Source: a virus
IMG/VR virus record: IMGVR_UViG_3300046714_000236
Location: 1 to 64,000 of that record
DNA: 64,000 nucleotides
Direction: 5' to 3' (one strand)
Shown here in pieces: positions 17,308 through 27,235 of this stretch. Below the pieces are notes generated by a model. It saw nothing but the letters and a program-made list of their open reading frames with translations. It was not told where the DNA came from and ran no database searches. Position 1 is the first letter of the stretch; each line of letters begins with the position of its first letter. The position numbers and the translations under genes were made by a program.

Positions 17308-18945
17308 TCAGAGCTTCCAACCGGTGACGAGCAGGTTCGGCAGATCGCGCGTTGCGCTTCCGGTGAACGGGATCGGAAGCCATTCGACGATGAAATACAG
17401 ATTGTCGTTCGCGTACCCGTTCGAGCTACCGAGGATCACACGCGGGATCCATGCCTCGAAGAGCACAGTGCGAAACCCCGTCGCCGGATCGAACGCCGAA
17501 AAATTCGATGAACCGATGTACCGCCCGATCAGCTGTGTGAATCCCGCGTCCGCGTAGACTGCGATCTCGTTCGTGTAGGTGAATCCGACTGCGACCGTCC
17601 CCGAGATGCGAGACGCGAGCGCAACCTTCACCGCCTTCGCCATCTTCGGGAAGTTTGTACCCGCCACGAGCGCGTACTGATCAGCGGAGCCCACCGCAGT
17701 AGGCGCGGGACCCTGCATGAACGCACCATCCGACGGCACCGTTTCGCCCGCGCTGAGAGTGATCCCCACAGGCACCGGGCCCGCTCCGAGATCTGCACAG
17801 ATGCCAGCCGCGAGGAGTACCGCCGTCTGCGATCCCGTGATCCCCGTCGCCGTTGGAGGGGGCACCGTGCCGAACCCGAGATCCGTCGCCGCACCGAATT
17901 GATAGACCGCGAGGATCCCGCGACCGGCGTTCGGGATGCGCGGCACCGTGGGCGAGTCGACGTAGCGCACCCAGCGCGGAAGATTGCCCGGGAAGATCGC
18001 CCACAGGTACCAGGGATCGCCTGCCGTGAACGACGCGCCTGCCGCTTGATTGACCGGGTCCTGCAGATCGATCCCGATGGCGCCGCCCGCGAGGTACATC
18101 GCCGCGCGCGAGTTGACGACGCCCGTGAGGAGCGTCTTCGTCGTGTCCGTGAAATCGTTCGAGTTGAGGTACGAGCCCGGATCGATCGGCTGAAGGATCG
18201 ATTGCAGATCCGTCCCCGCCGCGATCCGATCTTTCACGAGCGGTCGCACATCCCAGAACGTCATGTCGTCGACGCTCGCCGCTGCGCTCGGGACGCTCGC
18301 CACGCAGAGCGGGAGCCAGCCCTGCACGTTCGCCGGAAGTCCCGCGCCGGGCGTCCCCTCGCGCACGCGGTAGGTGAGCTCGCCCTGGATCACCTTCGTC
18401 ACCGCGATCGGGGAGAAGAGCCCCGTCGACGGATTGAAAATGTCTCGGTTGTCCGTTTCGAGCACCGTGCTGTTTCGCTGCACCTCGATCACGTCGATGC
18501 GAGTCTGCCCGCCCGAGCCCGCCGACATCACGAGCGTTCCGAGGTTCGTGACGCCCGGATCGTCGACGATCTTGTAACGGCTATCGTCCGGATTCGCGGG
18601 GTTCGGATCGGAGCTCCCCGTTTCGCCGTCCGGGTCATCGAGCCCCACAACACCGGGCGAGACGAGCAGGTTCAACGAGCCCGCTTGGGGGAGGACGACG
18701 AGCCCGTCGATCACGTCCCCGCGTAGCGGCGTGCCGACGGCTGCCGTGTTCTGCAGCACCGTGTCGACGTAGCTCCCGAACTCCACCACGCCGCCGCCGC
18801 CGGTGAACACGGCGTTGCGGTTGTTCATCAGGAGCCGGTACGACTCGGCGCGATCGGCTGCCGCGAACCGTTCCGCGCGGTTCTGATCTTGGGAGATCAC
18901 CCGTTCCCGGGTGTTGTAAATCATCTGCTTCGCGCCGCTGCCCAT
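17308..18945 (-). CDS. Baseplate/tail-fibre attachment protein
   Basis: Follows the wedge genes; TRID.I and LPLC.ASVP...D.RP motifs typical of fibre N-termini. Confidence 0.7.
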   Translation of the reverse strand: MGSGAKQMIYNTRERVISQDQNRAERFAAADRAESYRLLMNNRNAVFTGGGGVVEFGSYVDTVLQNTAAVGTPLRGDVIDGLVVLPQAGSLNLLVSPGVVGLDDPDGETGSSDPNPANPDDSRYKIVDDPGVTNLGTLVMSAGSGGQTRIDVIEVQRNSTVLETDNRDIFNPSTGLFSPIAVTKVIQGELTYRVREGTPGAGLPANVQGWLPLCVASVPSAAASVDDMTFWDVRPLVKDRIAAGTDLQSILQPIDPGSYLNSNDFTDTTKTLLTGVVNSRAAMYLAGGAIGIDLQDPVNQAAGASFTAGDPWYLWAIFPGNLPRWVRYVDSPTVPRIPNAGRGILAVYQFGAATDLGFGTVPPPTATGITGSQTAVLLAAGICADLGAGPVPVGITLSAGETVPSDGAFMQGPAPTAVGSADQYALVAGTNFPKMAKAVKVALASRISGTVAVGFTYTNEIAVYADAGFTQLIGRYIGSSNFSAFDPATGFRTVLFEAWIPRVILGSSNGYANDNLYFIVEWLPIPFTGSATRDLPNLLVTGWKL

Positions 18946-18968
18946 GGGTGATCTCTCCTGAGGGAATG

Positions 18969-18988
18969 GACCGACATCGATGTCGGTC
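18969..18988. repeat. 20-bp palindrome copy 4
   Basis: Exact; 6 nt downstream of TGaTAGACT on the minus strand. Confidence 0.97.
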
Positions 18989-19006
18989 GGCAGGAGTCTA
19001 TCAGGG

Positions 19007-20803
19007 TCAGAAGCAACCGACGTCTTCGACGTACAGATCGAACCCGACGCCGCCCATCCGCGCCGCGTTCACCGCATCCCACACGCGCCGGTTGAGCACC
19101 GCGCTCGTCGTCGGGAACCCATCGAAGAACGCGAGGTAAGGCGCCGCGTCGAAGAAGTTGATCTGGCTCGTGACGTCGAACGCGATCCCGAAATCCCCGA
19201 GCGCGGGAGGCGGAACACCGACCAGGAAGAACGCGCGGAACTCCAGGTAGTCGAGATCGAGCTTGAAGCGGTTCGTCGGATCGAGTCCGCCCGCGACACC
19301 CGCCGGGGTGAATCTCGCGCCCGAGACATCGCCCGTGATGGGCGTCCCCGCCTCGAACTCCCCGCGCACCCCCGCGAGCCCCGTGAACACCGGAAGCCCC
19401 GTCGCTGGATCGTAGGACGCCGTGACGATGCCCGTCGCCTTCGACCCGTCCCCCTTCGTCTGCGTCGCCCGCTCGCCCTCGAACATCGCGGGAGGAAGGA
19501 GCGCGCCGAACGACACGAGATCGAGATCGTAAGCGTAGGTGAACCGCGCTTCCTGCACCGCGACGTCCGCGAACATGCCCGGGAAGAGCGCGTCGATCTC
19601 GCCCACCTCGCGCACGCACGCCGCGACGCCGAAGGGAGCGAGCACGCGGTTCGCTGCACGCTTCACCGCGTTCGGCGACACGACGTCGGGGAGCGAGTGC
19701 ACGCGCAAGCGATAGGCGTCATCCGCTTCGCCCGAAGTGCGCTGCACGCCGCGGTCGAAGCCGCGCGCGTCGAGCATCGGGCTCTTGCCGCCGCTCGGGC
19801 TGCCGGGGTTCGAGATGGCGAGCCCGAGATCCGAATCCCAGCGCGCGATCCGCCAGTCGACGGAAGTGTCCGCGAGAAGTCCGGGCGCTTGGTAGACGGC
19901 CGTCACGAGAGCGATCGCGCCGCTCCGCACGCCGACGAGCTGATTCGAGCCGGCTGCGATGTCGTTCGCCGTCGTGCGCTCGTACACGATGAAGCCAGCT
20001 GTCGCGACGTCGAGCGTCCCCGCGGCGAGCGTCGTCTGCTGCTCGATGTTCTCGCCCGCCTCGAACGCTCCGCTCACCATCGTGATCCCGATCACGCCCG
20101 TCGCCGCGAGCACCGCCGTGCCGCCGTTCGACTGATCCGCGGGGGCCGGCTGATAGCCGATCATCCGGCGCACTTGTCCGAGGTTCGCGCCCCCGAGGAT
20201 CACGTACTGCCCGATCTGATTCGGCGTGAGCACGTCTGCGAACGACGAGCAGATCAGGTTGTGCGAAGGGATCCCCGGGACGATCTGCGCGCCGACGTTG
20301 GAGAGCGACGCGCCGAGCTGCACGATGAGCGTGATCGTCTCGGGGAGCGGGAAGTTGTAGCCGTACCCCGGACGTTCTGCGATCGCCTCGAACGAAAGCC
20401 CCGCCACACCGGGCGCGATCGTGAGCGGCTCTTCGAGCACGTAGATGCGCCCCGTCGGCACTTCGATCCCGCCGTCGGGCCCGTAGTCCGTCGCGACTTC
20501 TTCGAGCTCGGTGCCCCGCGCGAGCGTCACTTCCCCGAGCGCGCTTCCCGATCGAGTCAGAACGATCTGCACCGTTGCGAACCGAGCGCCGCTCCCAGGG
20601 GGCGCGGTCTGGCTCGAATGGGGCATGATGAACATCGCCTGCGAGTTCGTCTCGACCGCATCGCTCACGACCGCAAGCTGTTCCGCACCTTCCTCGATGA
20701 GCTCGATCCCGCTGTTCGGGTTGTGCTGCAGCGGCTGCGAATAGCCGGCGTCGACGGCGCTCTTCCAGAGCACCATCAGATCGGCGCGCGTGAGCTTGCC
20801 CAT
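19007..20803 (-). CDS. Baseplate wedge protein
   Basis: LDARGFDRGVQR..GEADDAYRLR motif; adjacent to baseplate J. Confidence 0.75.
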   Translation of the reverse strand: MGKLTRADLMVLWKSAVDAGYSQPLQHNPNSGIELIEEGAEQLAVVSDAVETNSQAMFIMPHSSQTAPPGSGARFATVQIVLTRSGSALGEVTLARGTELEEVATDYGPDGGIEVPTGRIYVLEEPLTIAPGVAGLSFEAIAERPGYGYNFPLPETITLIVQLGASLSNVGAQIVPGIPSHNLICSSFADVLTPNQIGQYVILGGANLGQVRRMIGYQPAPADQSNGGTAVLAATGVIGITMVSGAFEAGENIEQQTTLAAGTLDVATAGFIVYERTTANDIAAGSNQLVGVRSGAIALVTAVYQAPGLLADTSVDWRIARWDSDLGLAISNPGSPSGGKSPMLDARGFDRGVQRTSGEADDAYRLRVHSLPDVVSPNAVKRAANRVLAPFGVAACVREVGEIDALFPGMFADVAVQEARFTYAYDLDLVSFGALLPPAMFEGERATQTKGDGSKATGIVTASYDPATGLPVFTGLAGVRGEFEAGTPITGDVSGARFTPAGVAGGLDPTNRFKLDLDYLEFRAFFLVGVPPPALGDFGIAFDVTSQINFFDAAPYLAFFDGFPTTSAVLNRRVWDAVNAARMGGVGFDLYVEDVGCF

Positions 20804-21921
20804 CAGAGCACCGTGACGTCTTCGAGCCGTGCGCGGAGCGTCTGCCCCGGGTCGGGATAGAGATCGCCGAGCGGGCTCGCGATCGTCGCCGCGTCCGGGA
20901 TGAGCCCATCGCTCCGGAAGCGCGAGAGCACGGCGCCGAGATCGTTCCTGAGCAACGGCTGATTCACTCCGAGCGAGTTGATGAACCCGACGATCGCCGC
21001 ACGCACGTTCGCCGAAATCGTCACCGTGTCGGAGCCGACCGCGAACTTGAGAGCGAGCAGCACAGTCACGAGCTCGGGCACGCTCGTCGCGATGATCACC
21101 GCCACGCCCCCGCCGCGGTATTCGAGGAGCGAGGTGCGCACCACGTTACCGAGCGCGACGTTCGACACGCCCGTCCCGTCTGCGATGTAGAGCAAGACGA
21201 CGCGCGCCGGGTTCAGACCCGTCGTGACGACTTCCTCGGCTCGCGCACTCTCGACACCGGGCACCGCGAGCGCGCCGAACTCGATCGCGCTGAGCACCCC
21301 ACGCCGCGCCGTGACGAAGAACTTTTGCGCGCGAGCGACGAGCAGATCGTTCGACTCGCGATCGGCACCGCCCGCGCTCCGCTCCGCGTTGTTGATCGTG
21401 ATCGACGGGTCGAAGAGCTGCGACGCATCCGCAAAACTTCGGATCTGATTCGCCCCGACGTTGTAAGAGATCCCCGCGAGGACGCTTTTCACCACCACTT
21501 CGACGCCCGACGTCTCCGACGCGCCGAAGCTTGCCGGCGAGACCGTCACGAACTCGGTGCCCGAAAGCGCGAGCACCTTCGTGTTCGTCGGGATGGTGCC
21601 CGCTCCTGCCGCTGCCGTCGGTCGCGCGAGCTGCACCGTGTCGTACGCAGGCGCCGCCCCCTTGCGCGTCATCCCCGCGAAGCTGTCGAAGACGAGCCGG
21701 TCGAGCGACTCGTCCGGCATGCTCGGATCGAGGAAGTGTTCCGAGTTCTCCTGTGCGCTTTGCTGCGCCACCTTCTGCGCCATGAACGACGTGGCGCCCA
21801 CGATGAGGTTCACGTCCGAGCCCTCGACGTCGATCATCGCCGCGTCGATTTTGTTCGTCTTCTGAACGACGTACTGACGACCGCGCTCGTACAGATCGAG
21901 CCGGGAGGGGATCGCTACCAT
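20803..21921 (-). CDS. Baseplate J-like protein
   Basis: GGADRESND.L..R, ALAVPGV and INSLGV motifs. Confidence 0.9.
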   Translation of the reverse strand: MVAIPSRLDLYERGRQYVVQKTNKIDAAMIDVEGSDVNLIVGATSFMAQKVAQQSAQENSEHFLDPSMPDESLDRLVFDSFAGMTRKGAAPAYDTVQLARPTAAAGAGTIPTNTKVLALSGTEFVTVSPASFGASETSGVEVVVKSVLAGISYNVGANQIRSFADASQLFDPSITINNAERSAGGADRESNDLLVARAQKFFVTARRGVLSAIEFGALAVPGVESARAEEVVTTGLNPARVVLLYIADGTGVSNVALGNVVRTSLLEYRGGGVAVIIATSVPELVTVLLALKFAVGSDTVTISANVRAAIVGFINSLGVNQPLLRNDLGAVLSRFRSDGLIPDAATIASPLGDLYPDPGQTLRARLEDVTVL

Positions 21922-21930
21922 GCGAAGAGC

Positions 21931-22809
21931 TTATCGGTTCGAGACCGCGACGTCGAAACTTGAAGGGCCGAGCTTCGTCTGGGCTCGAACTTGGAAGAGC
22001 GTCTTGCTCCCCACCTGCGTCACCCGCACCGAGACCGAAAGCGTTTCGGGCTCCTGCATGATCTGATCTTCCGCGTCCGCCGCCACCGCTTCCCGAAAGC
22101 CCGGACGCTGCAGCCGCTTCACATCATCGGGCAGACCGACGCCGTACTTCGGCAGGTGAGCGAACGCCCCCTTGCGAGTCATGAGCCGCCGCGTCACCCG
22201 CTTCACGTAGCCCGTGAGCCCGGCGTCGTTCGCGTAGTCCCCGGTCCCGTCCGGCTGGTACGTGCCGAGCACGGAGCTCGGGAGCTGCCCGCCGTTCGGG
22301 AGCCCCCTGAGCGCCGCGAGTGTTTGGGGATTCGCGATGTCCCGCCCCGCGAGGATCTGATCCTGCAGCTGCGTGCGCGGCCCCGCCTGCACGCCGTAGA
22401 AGAGCGCGCTCGAACCGGGCGCGAGCGGGAGCCCCGTCGGCCCGCGGAGTCCCATCGCGATCGCGCGATAGATGCACGGCCAGTGCGAGAGCGCGCGATC
22501 GGTGATCAAGTCGATCGCCGCGCCCGCCGAACCGACCACCGCCGCTTGCTCGACGGCCGCGATCAGCACGTCGCGGATCGGCTCGCCGTCGATCCCCGTG
22601 CCGCTCACTGCGATGATGCGATAGCGCGCCACGTTCGACGCGTCGCTTGGATCGAGGATCCCCGACCAGTAGGGCGCTTGATTGAACGTGAGCCGGACCG
22701 CGTTCTCGCGCACCGCCTGCACGCTGAGCAGCGAGAGGACCGCGGTGCCCGCGCCCCATGGGGTTCTGCCCCAACCGCCGCCGCCCCAACCTGAGACCGT
22801 CGTCGTCAT
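21931..22809 (-). CDS. Baseplate protein with C-terminal gp25-like domain
   Basis: RRLMTRKG.FAHLPKYGVGL...QEPE. Confidence 0.75.
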   Translation of the reverse strand: MTTTVSGWGGGGWGRTPWGAGTAVLSLLSVQAVRENAVRLTFNQAPYWSGILDPSDASNVARYRIIAVSGTGIDGEPIRDVLIAAVEQAAVVGSAGAAIDLITDRALSHWPCIYRAIAMGLRGPTGLPLAPGSSALFYGVQAGPRTQLQDQILAGRDIANPQTLAALRGLPNGGQLPSSVLGTYQPDGTGDYANDAGLTGYVKRVTRRLMTRKGAFAHLPKYGVGLPDDVKRLQRPGFREAVAADAEDQIMQEPETLSVSVRVTQVGSKTLFQVRAQTKLGPSSFDVAVSNR

Positions 22810-22822
22810 CGAGCGGAGGATA

Positions 22823-25783
22823 TCACGCGGCGAACGGCGTATCCCCGGCCGAGTACCGGTCGGAGCTCCCCGCGTAGCGCCCGCCCACCGTGCCGCCGTC
22901 GTTCACCGCGTGCTGCCCGAGGAACCACCGAGCGCCGCCCGTGAACTTCAGATCTTGGAAGTGGGTCCAGTCGATCTGCGTCGTGTTGTTGTTCGGCTTC
23001 GAGAGCGTCGCCTTCGTGCCGGCCGTCGCGCCCTTGATCGTGAAGAGGTTCGACACCGTGCCGAGAGCGATCAGGTCGTTCACGACGTTCGTCGTATTGC
23101 TCGTGATCAGGAGCGTCCGCGGCGCGCCGGTGAGCGTGACGTTGTGATACGTGCTCGAACCGACGAGCTGGAACGTGCCCGTTCCCGCGCCGGTGCCGAA
23201 CGTCAGATTGTAGTAGGTGAAACCCGCGCCATCGAAGAGCGTGTTCGAGCTCGATGCGGTGCTCAAGACGATCGAGGAAGTACCCGCGTTCACCGTGAGA
23301 GTGCCCGGACTGATCGCGCAGTTCCACACGGTACCGGCACCACCGGTGAGCGTGACGACTGAAGATCCGAGATTCAGCACGCGCGTCGTCGCGCTGATCG
23401 GCCCAAGCCCCGCCGCGGTGATCGTCATCGCGAAATTGTTCGTGTTGAAGGTACCGCTTTGGAAGATGAACGCCGCAGTGACGGGGACCGTCGCGTTGAA
23501 GGCGTCCGCGAGCTGTACCGTGCCCGTGGAGTTGACCGTGAGCGTGCCGCCAAGCCCGATCCCGTTGCTCGTGATCGTCTGCGTGCCAGAGCCGTTCATC
23601 GCGATCGCACCCGTGTTCGATCGAGTCATGCTCGCGCTGAACGTCAGGTCGCCCGTCATACTCGCCGCGTTCGTGCCGCTCCATGTCCCGGTGAAACCGG
23701 TGAAGTTGAGATGCCTACAAATGAAGCTCACGTTGCTGAGCCACGTGCCGGTGTGATTCGTCACGAAGACGTCCCGGAATGTCGGGGGCGAGCCGGACCA
23801 AAGCCAATTGTCCGCAGACGTTCCCGCATACTCGACATCGTTGTAAGTCAGCCCGCCCGCGAGGAACCCGTTGTTTCCCGTGCTCGACCCGCGGAACACG
23901 ATGCGCGACCCCGTGGAAACGAACGTGAGGTTTGTGCTCGTGCTCAAGCTCCAAGAGTTCGTGATCGTTGTCGGGGTGAGCGTGAACGTCGTATTCGTGA
24001 TGTCGAGCGTTCGCACGTTCGCGTTGCTGCCGCTGAATGCCGTGCATTGAACGGCGAAGCCTAGCGTCGAGAGTGCGCCGTTCGTGAGCGTGATCGTGCT
24101 CGACAGCGTGAGCGCGTCCGCGAGATTCCACACACCACCCACGCCGTTGAATGTGAGAGTGCCGAGCAGCGTCTTCCCGGCCGTTGTGATCGTACGCGTT
24201 GAACCGCTCGTGTCGTTGAAGACGATCGGCGACGTCATCGCACCAGCGATCGACATTCCGGTGACTAGTTTCAGGCTGCCCGAGATGTTGATCGTCGACG
24301 TCCCCGCCCATGCACCCGTGAACCCGGTGAAGTCGAGCGTGCGCGATTGCGCCGTGCCCTTGAACGAGCCGCCGCCGGTCGCCGTCACGAAGATGTCGCG
24401 CGCGATGAATGTACTCGCGTCGAAATTTCCCGAGCCCGTGCCCTGGAAGTAGACGTCGTTCAGCGCGTTCGCCGCGACTCCGATCGCGACGGTGCGGTTG
24501 TTGGAGTCCGCGCTGTTGTCGAAGATGACGGTCGATCCCGTGATGTTCATCGTCACGTTCGACGCGGGGTTCATGTTCCACGCGGTGCCCGAGCCGACCA
24601 CGGTGATCGTCGAGTTGGTGATCGTGAACGTTCGGACGTTGGCGTTGTTGGAAAGGAAGATGCCGACCGAGACCGCCTTCGCGTTCGTGTCGAACGTTCC
24701 GGCCGTGAGCGTGAGCGTGCGCGTCGTGCCCATCGTGAAGGCGTCCGCGAGCTGCACCGTCGCGCCAACGGTGTTGATCGTAACAACGGCATCGATCGTC
24801 ACGCCGTTCGACGTGATGGAGGTGGTCCCCGACGTGCGGGCGAAAGTGAGCAATCCTGTACGAGTCACCGTCTGCGTCGACGAGAGCGTGAGATTACCGT
24901 CGATGCTGAACGTCGCGAGACCCGACCAGAGCCCGGTGTAGCCGGAGTTGAAAGTCAGATTGCCCGAAAGATGAACGTTGCCCGATTCGGTGAGCGTTGC
25001 GCCGTTCGAGTTGCTGACCGTGATGTGACGCGCGGCAAGTGTTCCCGTCGAGCTGGCGAGCGTGAGCGTCCCGCTGCCCGTCCCAGCGAGCTCAATGTCG
25101 CCATAGGTGATACCGGTCGGACCGAAGAGCATCGTGATGCCCGTCGACGTGGAGTTCGTGAACTTGATCAGCGATCCACTCGCGTTCAGCGTGAGCCCCG
25201 TCGTGACGTTCGTGTTCCAGGGATTCCCGGACGTCCCCGAAATGGTCCACGTGCTGTTCGTCATCGTCAGCGTGCGAGTCGTCGCGCTCGTACTAGCGAA
25301 CGAAGCACCCGCGACGTTCTTGCCGTTCGTGTCGAGAACGCCGTCGGTATGAACGATCCCGTGTCCCGTGCTGTTGATGAAGTCGTCCTGAAACTGGAAG
25401 GTCCCGCCGACGCCGTTGAACGTCACACCGTTGTCCAGTGTGATCCCGTTGCACGTGATCGCGAGCGTGCCGCTCGTGTTCGCGAACGTGATTGCACCGG
25501 TGAACGTGCGCGTCATCCCCGTAGCGAGCTTGAACGTCGAGCCCGTCATGGTGAGCGTGCCCGCACCACCCCACGTCCCGACGAACCCCGTGAAATCGAG
25601 ATTGCGCAGCGAAAAGTTCGCGCTCATCGTCGCGGTACCGGCGCCGCTGTTCACGGTGAAGAACGCGTCGTCGCCCGTCGTCGGAGGACCCGCTCCGCTC
25701 GCACCACCGTCCGTCGCGGACCAGTTAGTCGCGCTGCTCCAGTTACCGGTCCCGCCAGCGACCCAATAGTACGGAGTCGCCAT
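22823..25783 (-). CDS. Large beta-solenoid repeat protein (fibre or adhesin-like)
   Basis: YWVAGGTGNWS N-terminus; four ~165-aa repeats (LDFTGFTG.W.G...TNG). Confidence 0.85.
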   Translation of the reverse strand: MATPYYWVAGGTGNWSSATNWSATDGGASGAGPPTTGDDAFFTVNSGAGTATMSANFSLRNLDFTGFVGTWGGAGTLTMTGSTFKLATGMTRTFTGAITFANTSGTLAITCNGITLDNGVTFNGVGGTFQFQDDFINSTGHGIVHTDGVLDTNGKNVAGASFASTSATTRTLTMTNSTWTISGTSGNPWNTNVTTGLTLNASGSLIKFTNSTSTGITMLFGPTGITYGDIELAGTGSGTLTLASSTGTLAARHITVSNSNGATLTESGNVHLSGNLTFNSGYTGLWSGLATFSIDGNLTLSSTQTVTRTGLLTFARTSGTTSITSNGVTIDAVVTINTVGATVQLADAFTMGTTRTLTLTAGTFDTNAKAVSVGIFLSNNANVRTFTITNSTITVVGSGTAWNMNPASNVTMNITGSTVIFDNSADSNNRTVAIGVAANALNDVYFQGTGSGNFDASTFIARDIFVTATGGGSFKGTAQSRTLDFTGFTGAWAGTSTINISGSLKLVTGMSIAGAMTSPIVFNDTSGSTRTITTAGKTLLGTLTFNGVGGVWNLADALTLSSTITLTNGALSTLGFAVQCTAFSGSNANVRTLDITNTTFTLTPTTITNSWSLSTSTNLTFVSTGSRIVFRGSSTGNNGFLAGGLTYNDVEYAGTSADNWLWSGSPPTFRDVFVTNHTGTWLSNVSFICRHLNFTGFTGTWSGTNAASMTGDLTFSASMTRSNTGAIAMNGSGTQTITSNGIGLGGTLTVNSTGTVQLADAFNATVPVTAAFIFQSGTFNTNNFAMTITAAGLGPISATTRVLNLGSSVVTLTGGAGTVWNCAISPGTLTVNAGTSSIVLSTASSSNTLFDGAGFTYYNLTFGTGAGTGTFQLVGSSTYHNVTLTGAPRTLLITSNTTNVVNDLIALGTVSNLFTIKGATAGTKATLSKPNNNTTQIDWTHFQDLKFTGGARWFLGQHAVNDGGTVGGRYAGSSDRYSAGDTPFAA

Positions 25784-25789
25784 CGGTCA

Positions 25790-26146
25790 TCACACGACGT
25801 CGCCCGCGAGAATGTCGCCGCGGGCGATCAGGAAGTTGTAGATCGTCGCCTTGAAGTCTTCGTAGTGCGAGAGCCCAGGCGTGACCTTGTCACCCATCAA
25901 GCCGAGCAGCTCGGCGCCGCGGATCTCGAAGCTCGCCGGATCGCCGACCGCGACGAACTCGTTCTTGTCGTTGCGGTAGCCACGCTCGATCTTCCCGTTG
26001 ATGCGCGTGCTCGCGACGTCGTTCGGCGGGAGCCCGATGGTGATCGAGGTGATCACGAACGTGTCGAGGACGCGCTGTTCCTCGACCACCGGTTGCGGGA
26101 TCTGGATCGTGGTGAACTCGGTGACGCTCTTGGCGACGATGGGCAT
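25790..26146 (-). CDS. Hypothetical tail-region protein
   Basis: ORF track; TAGGAT 7 nt before ATG. Confidence 0.7.
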   Translation of the reverse strand: MPIVAKSVTEFTTIQIPQPVVEEQRVLDTFVITSITIGLPPNDVASTRINGKIERGYRNDKNEFVAVGDPASFEIRGAELLGLMGDKVTPGLSHYEDFKATIYNFLIARGDILAGDVV

Positions 26147-26161
26147 GGGCTGAATCCTAAC

Positions 26162-27235
26162 TCACGGCGTGCGCGTGTACGTGACCTTCGCTTCGAGAAG
26201 TCGGATCGTCGCCGCGAGTGTGTCGGCGCCCGACCCCTTTCGGTAGATCCTGAACTGCATGTGACAGTTCGCACCGGGAGAACCCGCCGGGGTGATCGCA
26301 GCGGAGAGCGCCGTCGTGTTCACGGTGAGCGTGCCGTTGTTCGCGTCGGTGACTTCCTGCGCGGTGCCGAACGCCTGGTCCAGCAAGTCGCCATCCGCGT
26401 AGCCGCGACACGCGAGCCCGAGCACGACCGGGTTCGTCGAGCTCGTGTTCGCCGCCCACTGGTACATCACGTAGATCGCGCCGCCGTCGTAGTCCGACGG
26501 CATGCACATCTGACACTCGAAGTAGCTGAGCGTCGCGGTGAGGAATCGCGCGGTGAAGGAGTTGACGAGGAACGTCGTTGACTCGACCTGTGCCTGCGCC
26601 TCGTTGCCATTGGTGAGCGAGCTCCACCCGCCAGCCGCGCTGAGGTTGATCTGGCCGATCGCGTTCGTGCCCTGCAGCCCTTGGAACCCCTGCGATCCCT
26701 GGACGCCTTGGAATCCTTGGAACCCCTGCAGCCCTTGGAACCCCTGCGCGCCCTGCAGACCTTGGAACCCCTGCGAGCCTTGGAACCCCTGCGAGCCTTG
26801 GAACCCCTGCGAGCCTTGGAGCCCGGTGTCGCCTTGGTTCCCTTGAGAACCCTGAAAGCCTTGCCGTCCCTGGAACCCTTGCAGCCCTTGGAACCCCTGC
26901 GCGCCGCCGGGAGGACCCTGCGCGCCGGTGCCGCCCTGTGGTCCCGTAGTGCCCGCCGCACCCTGAGCACCAGGCCCACCCTGCGCGCCTTGTGATCCCG
27001 CCGCCGCGGAGATCCACCGACCCGGCGCGGGGAACACGATGTCGTTCGGGAGGATGATCGTCGTCCCGTTGTCCGCCGCAGTCTCATCCGGATCCCACTC
27101 GTACGAGAGCACGCCGAAGAGCCGCGCCCACTGACCCGCCACGAAGAACTCGCTCGGCCCCGCCGAGCGGAGCGCGGCGATCGAAGACGCGGCCACCGTC
27201 GGACGCGTGGGCGTGTTCTCGTAAAAAAGCGTCAT
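26162..27235 (-). CDS. Collagen-like fibre protein
   Basis: Tailspike-type N-domain (SIAALR...WD...DNG...GRW), (G-X-Q)n run and beta C-domain. Confidence 0.85.
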   Translation of the reverse strand: MTLFYENTPTRPTVAASSIAALRSAGPSEFFVAGQWARLFGVLSYEWDPDETAADNGTTIILPNDIVFPAPGRWISAAAGSQGAQGGPGAQGAAGTTGPQGGTGAQGPPGGAQGFQGLQGFQGRQGFQGSQGNQGDTGLQGSQGFQGSQGFQGSQGFQGLQGAQGFQGLQGFQGFQGVQGSQGFQGLQGTNAIGQINLSAAGGWSSLTNGNEAQAQVESTTFLVNSFTARFLTATLSYFECQMCMPSDYDGGAIYVMYQWAANTSSTNPVVLGLACRGYADGDLLDQAFGTAQEVTDANNGTLTVNTTALSAAITPAGSPGANCHMQFRIYRKGSGADTLAATIRLLEAKVTYTRTP